NCBI GenBank assembly: GCA_964234715.1
Contig: OZ174285.1
Origin: Podarcis melisellensis
Lineage: Eukaryota
Reading direction: 5' to 3' (one strand)
DNA: 64,000 nucleotides
Below are positions 38,308 to 51,718 of the stretch, one piece after another (position 1 is the first letter of the stretch; the number at the start of each line of letters is the position of its first letter). The translations under genes were made by a program, and so were the position numbers. The notes beneath the pieces are model-generated. The model worked only from the letters and a program-made list of their open reading frames with translations, did not search any database and was not told where the DNA came from.

Positions 38308-39644
38308 CTAGACATGGGAAATGGGTAAGTAAGAGCAAAAACAGACTAGTGGGATTGTAGAATCCATTAAGCTTGAAACAGCAGCCTGTTCATGACAGAC
38401 AAGTATTAATAAGCCATATGATGCATTAGTAGAGATACCAAAACAATATGGAAGGTCATGCAATATTGCTGAAGGGAATCCAGTTCACTCATGAGATCCT
38501 TGCAATGAAGTGGTGCAAGCAGGCATTCATGATGACAAAAACAGGACAGACACCAAGAAAGATATGAAAACACAGACAACTGTGTCATTTTAGTTTACCA
38601 AATGAACACTCCTAAACTGCGCCTGTATTGGAAGGGAGAGGAAGGGGGAAAAAGGAAACACAGACAGGCTGATGAGGTCACCTTACAGTCACTGATCCAT
38701 GCACAGGCTCTTATCAGGGTAAACGTCTGATGTTCACAACCTTTAACCTAAAACTCTTTTTTTCAATAGGACATCAAAATAACATTCTTTTGGGGGGGGA
38801 GGGTTTCCGGTAACAGGGCACCATCCATTGTTTAGTACAACCATTTGTAAGTATTTTGTTTTATATCCAACATTAGTCCTACTCAGAACAGACCCACTGA
38901 AATGAACAGATATGACTAATTTGGTTTCATTAATTTCAATGGGTCTACTTTGGGTATATCTGAGTTGGATAAAAGCTGTACACTATTCTATTTTACTGTT
39001 CAGTATATGTACTATTTTACTTATTTCCCCCAATATGTCAAATTTCACAATGTTATACATTACAATGGATGAAGAACTGTCTTCAAAACAAAGAGAGAGA
39101 AAGGATACCTCCAGTTCACAAGTAGAGAAATAATGATTAGTACTAACAATTTTTTTCTTGAACAGTTAATAGGCCATTGAAAAGACAATCTACGCTAATC
39201 CCAACTGTGGAATACCAATATTGGACCCCAATCCAATTACTTCAAATCACATTTTGTTTCATTTATTAGACAATAATTTTAATGCACCTGCCACCAAATT
39301 ACTCAATGCTGTTTTTGTTTTGCTTTGTAAGTAAAAAAAAGAAAAGTCTTAAAGGACAACTAAGCCAAAGCTGATGTCTATTTCATGAGGAACTAACTAT
39401 TTCCATCTCTACAGTGCTGAAAAGAAACCAACTGAAAACCAAACAATCAACTACATTCAGTGAAACTTGTGTAGGAAAAAAAAAACATGCACTTGCTTTT
39501 TTCCCCCCCGAGCATTCTTGGAAGTAACTAGTGTTGTTGTTGTTTTTTTAAATCACATTTTAATGACAGGTGAAATAATTTTCTTTGAATAAAATCCAGA
39601 ACAAGGGATTAGATGTCCTTAAAGACAGCTGTTTTCTGCTTGGA

Positions 39645-39808
39645 NNNNNNNNNNNNNNNNNNNNNNNNNNNNNNNNNNNNNNNNNNNNNNNNNNNNNNNN
39701 NNNNNNNNNNNNNNNNNNNNNNNNNNNNNNNNNNNNNNNNNNNNNNNNNNNNNNNNNNNNNNNNNNNNNNNNNNNNNNNNNNNNNNNNNNNNNNNNNNNN
39801 NNNNNNNN
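39645..39808. other. Assembly gap (164 N) interrupting a PPIP5K2 exon
   Basis: Run of N. Confidence 1.
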
Positions 39809-39855
39809 CAGGTACCAATACACTCTGGGCTAGACACACTCAGGGGGCTCTCTTC
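39809..39855 (-). CDS. PPIP5K2: PPIP5K2 exon, partial (EESPLSVSSPECIGT...), continues into N-gap
   Basis: Acceptor ctcacttccag; peptide matches human EESPLSVSSPEGTGTW as recalled. Confidence 0.88.
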
Positions 39856-42713
39856 CTGGAAGTGAGAAAGGGGGCAAAAAAACAGCAAAGCATGCAACGT
39901 TAGATTCATAGCCAAATGATAAGAAAATGAAATACAGTTTTGTCTGCACCCTTTTCTAAATAACTTTAACAGCATTATACAGTAATGAGCCGTGTTTCCT
40001 ATAATAAAATCACACAATACAAACAACTGGAAATACTCAGCTACTATTTTCACTAAAGACACTTAAACAGTACTAATGACAAGGAAACTGAATATGTACA
40101 TATGTTAAAAATGTCACCGTTAATTGTGTTCCTCTCGCTAAGCATAGCAAATTCTCTGTCTGTGCTGCGTTCACTATTAATAAAGCACATATATCACAAA
40201 AACATGTAACTGGCCTCTGATGACACTAACAATATTTTCTTAATTTTAGTGTCTCAGTTTTTCCCCCTAACAAAACACACCAGTAAAATTTAATCTTCAT
40301 TCTGTATCCACATGCCACATCTATCCTCTGCATAAACATTATACATCCTGCCTAAGCTCCAGGACCAACTCTAAGGACTAAACCAAACACCAGGGACAGG
40401 CTGGCACACCAACAATGCTGTTATAATTTAGGTCTAGATCAAGACATTCACAAGAAACAGAGTCAGGACCACACTGAAAGAACATAACAGATACATTTAT
40501 GTTCAATATATATTTAGGGAGCCTTGATCTTCAAGGTTAAGTTGTTTGATTTTTGTTCACTTTCTCCAAATAGAAGAAAATCAGCTTCGCGTTGCTTTAC
40601 ACACCATTTAAAAATTAATCTTTTTAAAATGGTATTTTATTGAAGTGGGAAAGAATTCTAAATTCAGCTAAAAAGAATCGCTCCATGTTTCTATCAATGA
40701 ATACACAGAATGTCCCAAGAAGAAAGAAAAATATAATGTAAAAAATGAAGCCATGATTTCCAAATCTTTCTATATTAAAGTTTCAGGCTAGTAAAGTCAG
40801 CAAAATAAAAACAGTGTTTATTGACAGGGAAAAGCAGAATTTACAACTATGTGTGAAAAATTACAAAGGATATGTAGAATACTGCTCAACATTAATGTTT
40901 GCCTGCTGGAAAAACCCACAGCATTTATTAGGATATTCGTGTATCATCACATAAAAAACCTAGAACATCATAACAATTAAAATATTTTTGGATCCCTAAG
41001 AAATATACATATAATTTCTCTCTGATAAAGACTGTCATGATCAGTAACAAACACATGTGCCCGCATTGGGGAGAGAGTGGGCTGGATGGGAGGGGTGGGG
41101 AGGGAAAAGAACTTGGTTTAAACAGGCTATAAACTTTATTCGCTACAGGTTTGATGAACTGGAAACACAAGGGTAGAACTAAGAAGTCAAGTGACCTGCC
41201 TGCTGTTAGAAGAGTCCAGGCCCGCCTGCTGAAAAGTGGGATGGTCAAAAGGTGGCAGGATCGTTTGTAGCCTTGAGCAACCACCTACCAGAGTGCAGGT
41301 ATGATGCCAGTGACTAGTAGTGAGCTGGTGCACAATTTGTGAAGGCATCTCTTAGTACAATTAGGCTAAGATCCAAATAACAGCATAAATAATTCTGCAC
41401 ACACACAGAGGCTTAGTACTTGGAATTTTAGATGTTGGGTCCTGAACGACACATGGCACTTATGAAACGGAGAGGAGTTTTTGAAAAACGGAGATACAAC
41501 ATGGGATCTTTGCTTCAGAGGAAAAAGGTAAATAAGATAAAATAAAAATAAAAAATCCCATAGGATATATACAAGATCTTGGATACAAAATGAGTTTTTT
41601 TTAGCCTTCATATTTATCACAGCTCAAGACAGCCAAATAATAGTATAGAATTCAATCAATAATATCAAATGGCCAAATTATTTGGAATTATTCATTTTGT
41701 AGCATCTAAGTCTGGAGATAGTACAACCCACTCCCCAAAAGTCTTTGCTCCTGACTTGTCAAGGGACAAGGGCTGTTACACAAACTAGTGCCCACATGAC
41801 ACCAGAAATAAATTGTAACATATACAGCATTCACATATCACAGTATATAGCAGTTGATGGTTTATCATGAATGTGCAGAACGCTCCTTCCCTCTAGCTAG
41901 TGAGAGCAGCAAACCACACTCCCTGGCTTAGCATTCCATCCAAACTAGGAATAATTTTTGTTTTTGGCTTAATGTCATGATTTGTTTGGAATAGAACAAA
42001 CCATGGTTCCTAGGTTCAGATGCAACACTAAACCAGGGATTGTGGTTTATTGCTCCTGCTGGCTGTACAAGAAAAGCAAAGGTGGAGTGATCTCTGCATT
42101 CATGGTAAACCATCAGTTACGGTTTACTGTGTTGTGTGAACTGGGCCATACTGTTTCTTGCAATTTTATTCTGTTACTGAAAAATGATTGGTAAAAAGAG
42201 AAACTCTCCTCACGTACTTCACTATTCTGAAGTAGCCCTTGTAAATATGACAGACCTCTGCATCAACCTTGATTCAGAATATTTAAGATTTTGGGACAGA
42301 AGACATATCTTTCATATTGATAAGATAATGTCTTATCTTTCAGGGTACACTACAACAATCAGTTATATTAGGAAACATATATTTTGGGAAGAACCATAAC
42401 ATTCTTGCAAAGGGCAAAAAATGTCTTTAACTATTTATTGTAGAATAATACATGTTGTAAGATTGTATATGCAAGCAATGTAGATTAGTCAGACTGAAAG
42501 CTAACTTAGACCTTGTTAAGTGATCCAAACTCCTCTGAATAGTGGTATCTTTCGGTTATTAATTTATGGAAGTGTCTGAAGCAATGTTAAAGTCCTAAGA
42601 GAACTACAGCTATGTATTTGCCATGCATTAAAAAAGAGAAAAAGAAATGTGAAAATCTCTCTAAAACAGGAGCCTGTTTCTACAGTAGTTAAGCATGGGA
42701 ACAGCAAACTTAC

Positions 42714-42887
42714 TTCTGATGAACCAATTTTCCTGGGTCTTGGAAGAGGCGACTTTCTGTGTATATGAATTGGATCTGACACCAATGGCTTGAAGATCAT
42801 TACAGATCGATCTGTTTCATCCCTTCTACAAGCATGTGATTCCTCATCACTTTCATTTTTCTGGGAGTTTTTCCTTGAGCCATCATT
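42714..42887 (-). CDS. PPIP5K2: PPIP5K2 exon (NDGSRKNSQK...PIHIHRKSPLPRPRKIGSSE)
   Basis: AG/GT bounded, 174 nt. Confidence 0.93.
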
Positions 42888-44136
42888 CTGGAAGAAAATG
42901 GATGTTTCATGTGACACAAAACATACGGCAGGTGGAAAACATAATTCCTTCAAATATTAAGGATTATGGCCCTTGGATACCAATAGCAACAAACCACGTA
43001 CTGTACCACATGCGTTTGGATAAAGCAACTTCCTATGGAGCTATGGGAATGTACATGAAAGCACATTCGGTCAGGCCCTAGCAACTGTCTCCAATTCTGA
43101 AGACAATGATTTGTCAATTATGAATGTTACTTTCAAGAAAACAAAATTTTCTTAGTATCTGGCGGGGCAATCCATACCCCAACAAGGGAGCTGTTCACAC
43201 CATCTGGGGCAGAGGACAGTGGACAGGCAAAAGTCTGCTCTTGCCTACCTCAGTCTGGAGCTGGCATCATGACCAGACCCAGATTGAGCCCAATGCCACC
43301 AAGTGGGACCAGCTAGGGATTCAGCAGATCACAGGCTGGCCAAGTCCCTCCAAGCAGCACCCTGTTTTGGTGCTTTTTTGCAGACAACTGCTGATGGGAA
43401 GGCCTTTTGTTGGGTGAAACTGGGGGCTCTGTCGCAGGCAGAGGCCAGTGGAGCTGTTCTTGGCTGGGTGGAAGAAGAACCTTATTCCCAACACTTCCTT
43501 CACCCATGTAAGGGCTTTTCTGAACATGTGTGGGTCTGGGTGTGAGGTGAGGTGCTCAAGTATGCTCTGTGTGTGATTGAGAGAAATGTACTTGGGCAGA
43601 GAAAGAAAGATGTAGGTATGTATGGTGTGCGCACACATGCACGATAGGGAGAGTTAAATGGAGGCATTTGTGTGTGTGACTGTGTGCACGTGACGTGTCT
43701 GCGAGAGAAATACAAGTGTGTCCTTGGTCTGCATATGTGTGGCATATGCAATGTGAGGGAGAGGGGGGAAAGAGTGTGATATGGCCACCTTGTGCATTTT
43801 TCCTGGTACTGGGGAATGCTTCTTGTTAAGACAGCGACAGCATTGTTTTGTGCAGGTGACATGGTGTAACCTCCACAACATAATGTTGTCCAGGGTAGCA
43901 GCAATGACAGTACACCCTCTAATTTTGTGACATGCCACATCCCCATGGCAGCCATGTTGTGACTGATGGCCACAGCTTTTCCTCAAAATTCAAAATGTGC
44001 TATTTTCTACAAATAAGTGGGAAAGGTACAACAACACAAGCTGTGTTATGTCATGGTACAATATTAAGCATTCAGCTACTGTGAAAAGTCCTGATCAAAT
44101 TTCATGTACGTAAGAAACATTTTAAAGAGTGTTTAC

Positions 44137-44253
44137 CTCCCGTGAAGCAGGTCTGTATCCGAAGCCTGACGGTAAATTTTTATCTTCTTCACAGCCTTTA
44201 GCTCCTGGACTGAAGTGCAATTCCACATGGAAACGCTCCTCTGATGAAAGCTC
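44137..44253 (-). CDS. PPIP5K2: PPIP5K2 exon ([39 protein letters not shown])
   Basis: AG/GT bounded, 117 nt. Confidence 0.95.
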
Positions 44254-44333
44254 CTAAAGAAAATGGACAAGGAGTTAAATTATGTTTCCAAGTATATGAT
44301 ACTGGTTTGCCTATGTGCTTAGCATTTCTTTAC

Positions 44334-44441
44334 CTTGTTTGGATCCTCATACAGCATGATCACAATCTGAGTCATGTAATTGAGTTCACTGACAGCATTT
44401 AGATAATCCATAGCTCGTTTCCACTGTTCGTCTTTTGATGG
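44334..44441 (-). CDS. PPIP5K2: PPIP5K2 exon ([14 protein letters not shown]...MLYEDPNK)
   Basis: AG/GT bounded, 108 nt. Confidence 0.94.
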
Positions 44442-45443
44442 CTTAGATCAAAAGAAATTCACAGGTTTAGTACTGCAAGCATATGGGTGACAATTTCTTT
44501 CTAATCTCTACATTCTCTTAACTTCTAATTGTTAGCTTCTAACTGAAGGGCTGCAATTTGAAACACCAAGGACAAAACATTAAGCACAACTGACTTACTT
44601 CTAAGCAAGCCTACATAGGATTGCATGGCACTATAATAAAATGCATTCTTATACAGGCCAATGTTACATCACTTTTACATCCTTTCCCAAAACCTATCAT
44701 AATTTAAATATTATTATTATTTGCAAAGCAAAACTGAAATACAAAGCATTTTCATAACTGTACAGGCAAAAATACTTTAAGGAGCATATAATTTAAAAAT
44801 GATAACAATGGGTTGGGGAAGGGGAAGATAACAAGTGATGATGGAAAAGTGCAGTACACATGCTGTTCATGTGGTTACAGGCAAGAAGAAGGATTACAGA
44901 GTTTAGGTTTACCAGCATGCCCACAACTGAAATTCTGTCATTTCGATAGCAATTTAGCAGCAACCCCTTCTACAAATAGCTTGCGCCTCTCTTCATAATG
45001 ATCAATTTGCAGAACATCAGTCAGAGAAATGTGCTGGACTGTGTCTGAGAATATCATATAGATTTTAAAAGGTCAAGTGGCAGATATTTCAAAACATGGA
45101 ACAGATAAAATAACTCACAGTAGCCTTTTCCACACGTTTCAGAACAAAGGAAAGTCAATGAAAGGTAACAGAACTATTTCTGCCTATGGGGAAAACCCCC
45201 AACTACACATAGTAGTATAAAGTTTGCATTATTCAAAATGTTTTTAGGACATGGCTCTCCAAATCCACCCAGAGCTCTCCCAGTAGATTTTCTGTAATGC
45301 AAAGTTTATTCCCATGGGAGTGGCATTTTGAGTTGCCACATAATACTTCTACCTAAATAATAATAATAAAGTACGCTGCACATTTCCAAAAGTGATGAGC
45401 GTACACAACTCAACTAAAACAACCAGAAGAGGATATCACTTAC

Positions 45444-45558
45444 ATCACATAAAGAACCGAAGCGAAGAGTTGATAGTAAGGAATGGACATGGCTCTCACT
45501 GGTGAAGTATAGCCTAGTTCGGACATGACGTTCAGGAGACATAACCCCACTGGAATAC
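45444..45558 (-). CDS. PPIP5K2: PPIP5K2 exon ([38 protein letters not shown])
   Basis: AG/GT bounded, 115 nt. Confidence 0.95.
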
Positions 45559-46189
45559 CTAAGAGCAAAATAATCTGAGACAGTAAACAAGTATTATACA
45601 GGCTCGTGAGTACCTGTAGAGAAAGCAAGAGAGCTTAAAGGGCATCTCCCCATCATCAAAATTTCTAAAGATAAAAAAAAAATCCAGAATAATTTCCCAA
45701 ACTCTCTTAAATTGGTGAAAGAGTACCTGTGTAATGACCATGCGGTGAACAAATTTCACATTTCCCCCCTTTCGTTTCATAAGATCACTCCCCTCCCCCC
45801 CCCCCCGGAAAAAATATGTCTTGTATTTCTTACTATAATAGTCTTTTTTAAAAGCAAAATGTAGTCATACTGGGGTTGGCGTGGCTGGGAGTATTATGAA
45901 GACTCTTTATCTTACAAGAATATGGTGGTGGTTACTGCACTTTAATGACAGAACAGCAGGCAGGCAGGCAGGCAAGCAGCACGGGTCGTGGCTGGCCAAG
46001 ACATGCTATGAAGGAACAGTGAGGATGGGGAAAAGGGGAGTTCCCCAGCAGCAGTCTTGTTCTGCTGCTGCTTCTGTTTTGGCCTCAGCAGCATTGGAGG
46101 CTGATGAGAAAGTAACAGCAGCAGAACAGGACGGTTGGTGGGGATCTGCCCTGGCAGGCAAGCAGCCTTGGGGGCGAGGAGGCAGCAAG

Positions 46190-46367
46190 CAGGATAAACA
46201 ACTGCCTGACATTCAGAAGACATCTTAAGGCAGCCCTGTTCAGGGAAGTTTTTAACGTGTGATATTTTACTGTATTTTTGGTTTCTATGGAAGCCGCCCA
46301 GAGTGGCTGGGGAGGCCCAACCTGATGGGCGAGGTATAAATAATAAATTATTATTATTATTATTATT
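46190..46367 (+). mobile_element. L2 LINE 3' end with (TTA)n tail
   Basis: agaagacatcttaaggcagccctgttcagggaag...gccgcccagagtggctgggga followed by TTA repeats. Confidence 0.88.
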
Positions 46368-46466
46368 GGTTATCATACTTTTACTCAACAAATGGCTAAA
46401 TTCATGTCACTATAAAAGTAACAAGAAAGTACCACTACCAAGTTTTCCAAGCAAAAAGGAACTTAC

Positions 46467-46594
46467 AAAGGGTGGAGCTTGTTAACTGTATCATCATCTT
46501 GAGTTCTTTGAAGATCGGACCGGATTTTCCTCAGTAGTGGATTGCAGTACCCTTTGGCTATTTCTATTTTCTCAGCTGCAGTAATACCATATTC
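46467..46594 (-). CDS. PPIP5K2: PPIP5K2 exon ([42 protein letters not shown])
   Basis: AG/GT bounded, 128 nt. Confidence 0.95.
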
Positions 46595-47551
46595 CTGGAT
46601 GAGAAGAGCATAATTAAAAATAAGCTACAATGTGCACTGAATATATGCATGGCATGCTACAATATTTTGCTATAGGACCCCATTTGTTCTTTCTATTTCA
46701 GATTCAATTCTCTGAGCGCAATCACTTATCAGTTATGCAGCTAAATATGCACCATTCATGTGCAGTCAGGGTAATCCTGAGGTTTGCAGAAGCACAAAAC
46801 ATCACTTGGAAAAATCCCAAGGGGTGGGGAGACACTCAAAAGAACCCACGAAGGACTGAGTATATCAAGTGCCCACACAATACTGACTGTTGAAAGGGAG
46901 GGGGTAAAACCAAGATGAGAGGGGAATGGAATACAGTGGTCGCAACTCTGTTTGCTTGTAAACTTCCATTCCTCATGATCTGATGTCAAAATCTAGATCA
47001 TGTGTCACAATAGGTTTTTAATGTCTTGCATCGACTGGTTGCAGGAACCTACTTGTCACTCACTTATTATGGCTTGGGAGTTAGTTGCACTTTGGCTCCA
47101 TTAAAATAAATGGTGTAAGTTAGTCACTGATTAGGTCCTACTAATTTCAATAGGAGCTAAGCAATGACTAACCTGCTCCATTTATTTTACTAGGACCAAA
47201 GTAAAAGTAGCTTAGGCTGTAATCTTCTGCCTGCTTAACCAGGGAGTAAGTCTCATTGTACTCAATGGCACTTACTTGTGAGTAGACATGTACAGGATTG
47301 CACTGGATTTAGCCAATATATAGAAAAGATACGTCTATGTAATTATTAGATTACATATCCTCTAGATTTTTCCTTATTTAATTTAATAAGGAACAGAAAC
47401 AAACAATATTTTTTTCAATATATACCATTTATAAAAACTGGTTAGTGGACCACAAATCGTTTGGAAATAGTTATAGATTGCCATATTGATTAGCAAGCAT
47501 AACCAGTATGAAACATCTAGTTGTTGCAGAATACTATTGTAGAGTACATAC

Positions 47552-47775
47552 CTGTGGTATAACAATGTCAGCTAACGCCTTTGACAGTCTATATAGTTCC
47601 ATTGTGTTTTCTAGTTTTAAAGAGACATTATGCTGGACATCATACTTAATACAGTCATAGATATCTGGAATTTTACTGATGTCATATCTTCCATTCTTTG
47701 TTTTAAAGTCCTTTTCAAGCTTGGACCACCTACGCAACATTAGCTCCAGCGTTTCACTGTGGTAAAGCTGAATAT
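47552..47775 (-). CDS. PPIP5K2: PPIP5K2 exon ([17 protein letters not shown]...ADIVIPQ)
   Basis: AG/GT bounded, 224 nt. Confidence 0.96.
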
Positions 47776-48467
47776 CTAGGTGGACAATTATTAGTGAAGA
47801 ATAATCAAATCAGGTAACATGAAGTAAAATCAAATGAAACATTAAGAAAATTTATGCTCTAGTATATTCTAGTTAGAATTATCTCATGTATATTTGCTTT
47901 CACATCAAATATATCCTTTTCCAGATTAAAGAATGCAACCCACTTACATGACAAAAGTCATGACCTAAACAAGCTCTAGTAAAGGACTGCACAGTTCATA
48001 TTGTTCTGATGGGTAGCTTTATTAACTAAAGAGGGATAGATTGTTACATTGGCCACAGAAAGAACATTTTTTTCAATTTTAGTTGTTTTCTTCTAAAACT
48101 ATTTTTGTTAAATTCATTTCCTCCCCCTGCACCCCAGTGCAAACTCTCTCTGCGCCATGGGTTTTCTCCAATCTAGTTAACTCTGCCCCTCCTTTTTTGT
48201 CTTCGTCTCATAGCATACTCTCTTCTCTTTGCACCCACGTTTCTCAACTGGCCCTTTTTTACACTTCATGCCACACCACTCACTCTTCTTTTGGGTCACC
48301 ATAAATCTCTTGGCACCCTATCTTTTCTTCACTAATAACTCACTATTAGTATATATTTTAGTAGCTAAATTTCACTGACAGAAATACTGTCTACTCAAAA
48401 TTCTTAAAACTGCCTAAGCCTTCATGGCTAGCATTAACATTACAGTCTGCTTAAAATAATTGCTTAC

Positions 48468-48609
48468 CTGCAGACTTAGGATCTTCCATCCGTCTTCTGA
48501 TCTGAGATGTCAAACTCTGGATCAAGGAATATACCTTATCACACGTCTTAACAGGGTTTTTAATGACTTGCATTGATTTTATCAGAGAAACACTGCCGGA
48601 TGGTGTGAG
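48468..48609 (-). CDS. PPIP5K2: PPIP5K2 exon ([13 protein letters not shown]...RMEDPKSA)
   Basis: AG/GT bounded, 142 nt. Confidence 0.95.
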
Positions 48610-48873
48610 CTGAATATCAAATAAAAAGGGAATTCATTAGCTCTATTCATTTTTATTTTTTTTGGCTAAAGGATAATAGGATACTATAACCTCAAAACAG
48701 GTAATCTCAAGAATCATAATTTGATTTTCAATAAATGATCGCTTTCAGGGTTTTTGTTTTTTTTTACAATCAAGTGGTGTATAAATGTTATAAAACAAAG
48801 AAATTAAGTCCCAATGAAGTAAATGGTGCTTGTGGTACTAAAAAAGATGTTTGGTCTTATCTGAAGCACAGAT

Positions 48874-49240
48874 TTGGTGGGTTAGGAAGCGTTCACTGGG
48901 TTGGGTAATCATCATGAGCTATGATGAAGGTAGGACAGCAGAATTGTGGGAAGTGGAGGAAAAAACACAGTGTAGTGGAAAAAACACAGCATGGTGGAAA
49001 AAACACAGTGTGGTGGAAAAAACACACAGTGACAACAGAAGGACAATAGTGAAAGAATAAGAAGTAAAAACACTTGACTGACAAGGAATAGAGAGAGCTA
49101 GGAAAGCTGAACTGCTTTCGCCAAGGCTGGAGAAAAAACTGAGGAGAATCACTCCATTTTCCGCAGTTCTGCTCTCTTGCCTTTGTCATAGCTCATGATT
49201 ATTACCCAGCCCAGTAAACCCTTCTTTAACGCACCAAAAT
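48874..49240. mobile_element. MITE-like element with ~85-bp imperfect terminal inverted repeats
   Basis: 48874-48960 is an inverted match to 49151-49240; interior has short GGAAAAAACACAG tandem units. Confidence 0.6.
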
Positions 49241-49912
49241 TACTTTTTACCCAGTGGGTGGTATTCAACCAAGTTTGACTCTGAGCTGATCCATTGAAAT
49301 AAATCAAGATGACTAAGTTTCGCCCATTAATTTAAATAGGTCTATTTTAATAAAACTTAGTTGAATACTACTTAATACATCTAAGACTGTTCAAACCAAA
49401 GTGCCTCTGCACTAGACACTAGACATTTAGTGTGGATTTGCCATGCTTCACTCACCTACTTTCTCCAAGGCATCTACATGATGCCATCATCAAACCATTC
49501 TCATGCAATATTTTCCCTGTGGTCTTGAAAGACCAACTTTTTAAGGAAGGACAGGAAGCATAGGGCTATTTCCAGTTTTAGATGCCTTTAGTACTACTCT
49601 CCTGCCTTTTAAAGAGTGGGGTTTTGACATGGACAGCAACATTTCAGAAAAATAACCATATCATTGCTCAGTACACATTCATTATAACAATTATATTAAG
49701 TGTCAGTTTATTACTGCTTTTGTTATTTTAATTGATCTTTCAATTCTCATCAAAACACTTTTCCAGTTATAATGTCTGTGTGTTTTCCCCAATTCTCCTT
49801 GTGCTTCATTCAGGAGAGTTTCAGAAGATGGCTAGAAGAGAATCCACTGATTTTCAACATTTGCCCACATTCAGTATTTAGAGCACAGTATAGTACTTTG
49901 TTATCTTCTAAC

Positions 49913-50095
49913 CTTTTCATAGTCTTCATCAGTAAAGTCTCTGTCTCTTTGGAGTATTTCATTAAGGCGTGCCTTCGCACGATGTTGGCAGCTGCTAAGA
50001 GAGTCACTGTCACTGTCGAGTAGCCCATTCATATTAGCACTTTTGACCATCTGGACAAGTATAGGAGTAAGCTCTCCCTCCAATGCCAGGAGTCC
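49913..50095 (-). CDS. PPIP5K2: PPIP5K2 exon ([10 protein letters not shown]...DFTDEDYEK)
   Basis: AG/GT bounded, 183 nt. Confidence 0.96.
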
Positions 50096-51363
50096 CTGGG
50101 TAAACAAAATAACTGAGTGATGAGGGCAAATGTGGCAAATAGTCTAAAGCACAAAAGTGAACATTGGTACTTAACGGGATAAGTTCCTTTTCTGTAGGGA
50201 GAAAGGGGGCCATGTGTGGGTTGTCACCACTCACCTCTCCACTGGCAGGAAGTCAAACTTTCAAGAGGGTACACCTGGTGTATCCCCTCACCAGTTCAAT
50301 TCATGCTTAAGCAAATAACTGTATACCTATCATGCATATATGCTAGTAACTTTCTACCTGTTGTTAATAGTTATTGCTTTTTAGTGCTTATTACACTATG
50401 GTCTACGTGCAGGCAGGTAATACAAGAAGAACTATGATTGTGGTGTCCACTTTTGATTAGAGCATATGGCTTGGAGCAGGGGTCACCAACCCAGTGCCCA
50501 CAGGCACCATGGCACCCATGAGGTCTTTCAGTGGTGCCCCTGAGTAGAGGCCCCAGACTTTGAGCTTTCAATTGAAAGAAAAGTTAGTCTCCATCCATCC
50601 TGTTTTACCACATCAAGAAAGAAGCAATTTATAAATTTCACACACAGAGTGACTGGTGCAGGGGCCCCAACTGTAGGGGGCAGAAAGGGCTTTGGCTCCC
50701 TCACTAGTGGTGGGAAGGGGGCTGAGCCCTCCTCAATATTGAGATGACTGCCACCCCCCACCCCCGCATGAGCGCTCATGTGTCAAGCAGTGGCGGAGGA
50801 AAGGGGTGTGGTCCACCCCGGGTGTCATCACTGAGAGGGGTGACAAAATGACCAAAATATGAGTTTTAAGGGGGGAGGAAATATGATTTTTAAAAATAAA
50901 AAATAAAAAAATTGGGCTCATGAAACATTTTAGTTCAGTCAACAAATGCAGCTGGCACTGGGCACCACACTGCGGGGGCTGTCACTCCTGGGAGTGACAT
51001 GGTGGCTTGGGTGCCTGCAGACTCCACGCTGCCTGAAACGGCGTGTGACTTACATCTGCCCTCTGCCTCTCCCTCAGCCGCCCTACAACTGAGGGGGAGG
51101 CAGCGGAGAGGCTCAACACAGTGTGCCCCGCCCCCCGGCTGCAGGATGCACGCACCATACCTGGCACCTGAGCATTGAACTACTAATCATAAGTGAGAGG
51201 GAAGCATGTATGATATGAAAGCAGGCCAAGTAGCTAATTTTGCATGTCTTTAATATTTAAAACATTTTTTTAAAGAAGTTCATTGTACAATCTCCGAAAT
51301 TTTCTTATAAACAGCCTGTATTCCTTTCCCATCTTTCAGTTGAAATTGTAATTTTCATAGTAC

Positions 51364-51485
51364 CTTTGCAAAAGCTGCCGCAGTCATTTGAACTCTGCCT
51401 TCATCCGAAGCATAAATTTTCAGATCATGCCGATAGGTACTATGCAGTCTAAGTAAACCACATCCTGGAAATCCAGCATAGTCAC
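51364..51485 (-). CDS. PPIP5K2: PPIP5K2 exon ([41 protein letters not shown])
   Basis: AG/GT bounded, 122 nt. Confidence 0.96.
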
Positions 51486-51592
51486 CTACCAAAAGAAAAA
51501 CAACCTTATAATCTTGCTTCTGTTTCTTTCCCCCCCAAGTTCTCGGTCTAAAGAAATGGCTTCCTTTGCCACCAATAAATGAAATGAGTTAC

Positions 51593-51718
51593 CTTGTCCA
51601 CCTGGGTACATGCATCGGAAAGCTCTTCCTAGTTCCTCTGCCTGAACTCTGCCTGCAGGTGTTAATTCTCCTCCCCATTTTAGAACTAAGAGTAGAGATG
51701 GCTCACGTTTGTGGCTAT
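51593..51718 (-). CDS. PPIP5K2: PPIP5K2 exon ([20 protein letters not shown]...MYPGGQ)
   Basis: AG/GT bounded, 126 nt. Confidence 0.95.

Noticed and set aside
48945-49035. Short spaced repeats resembling a CRISPR array
   Set aside because: Vertebrate DNA; the units are near-tandem minisatellite copies without unique spacers, inside a MITE-like element
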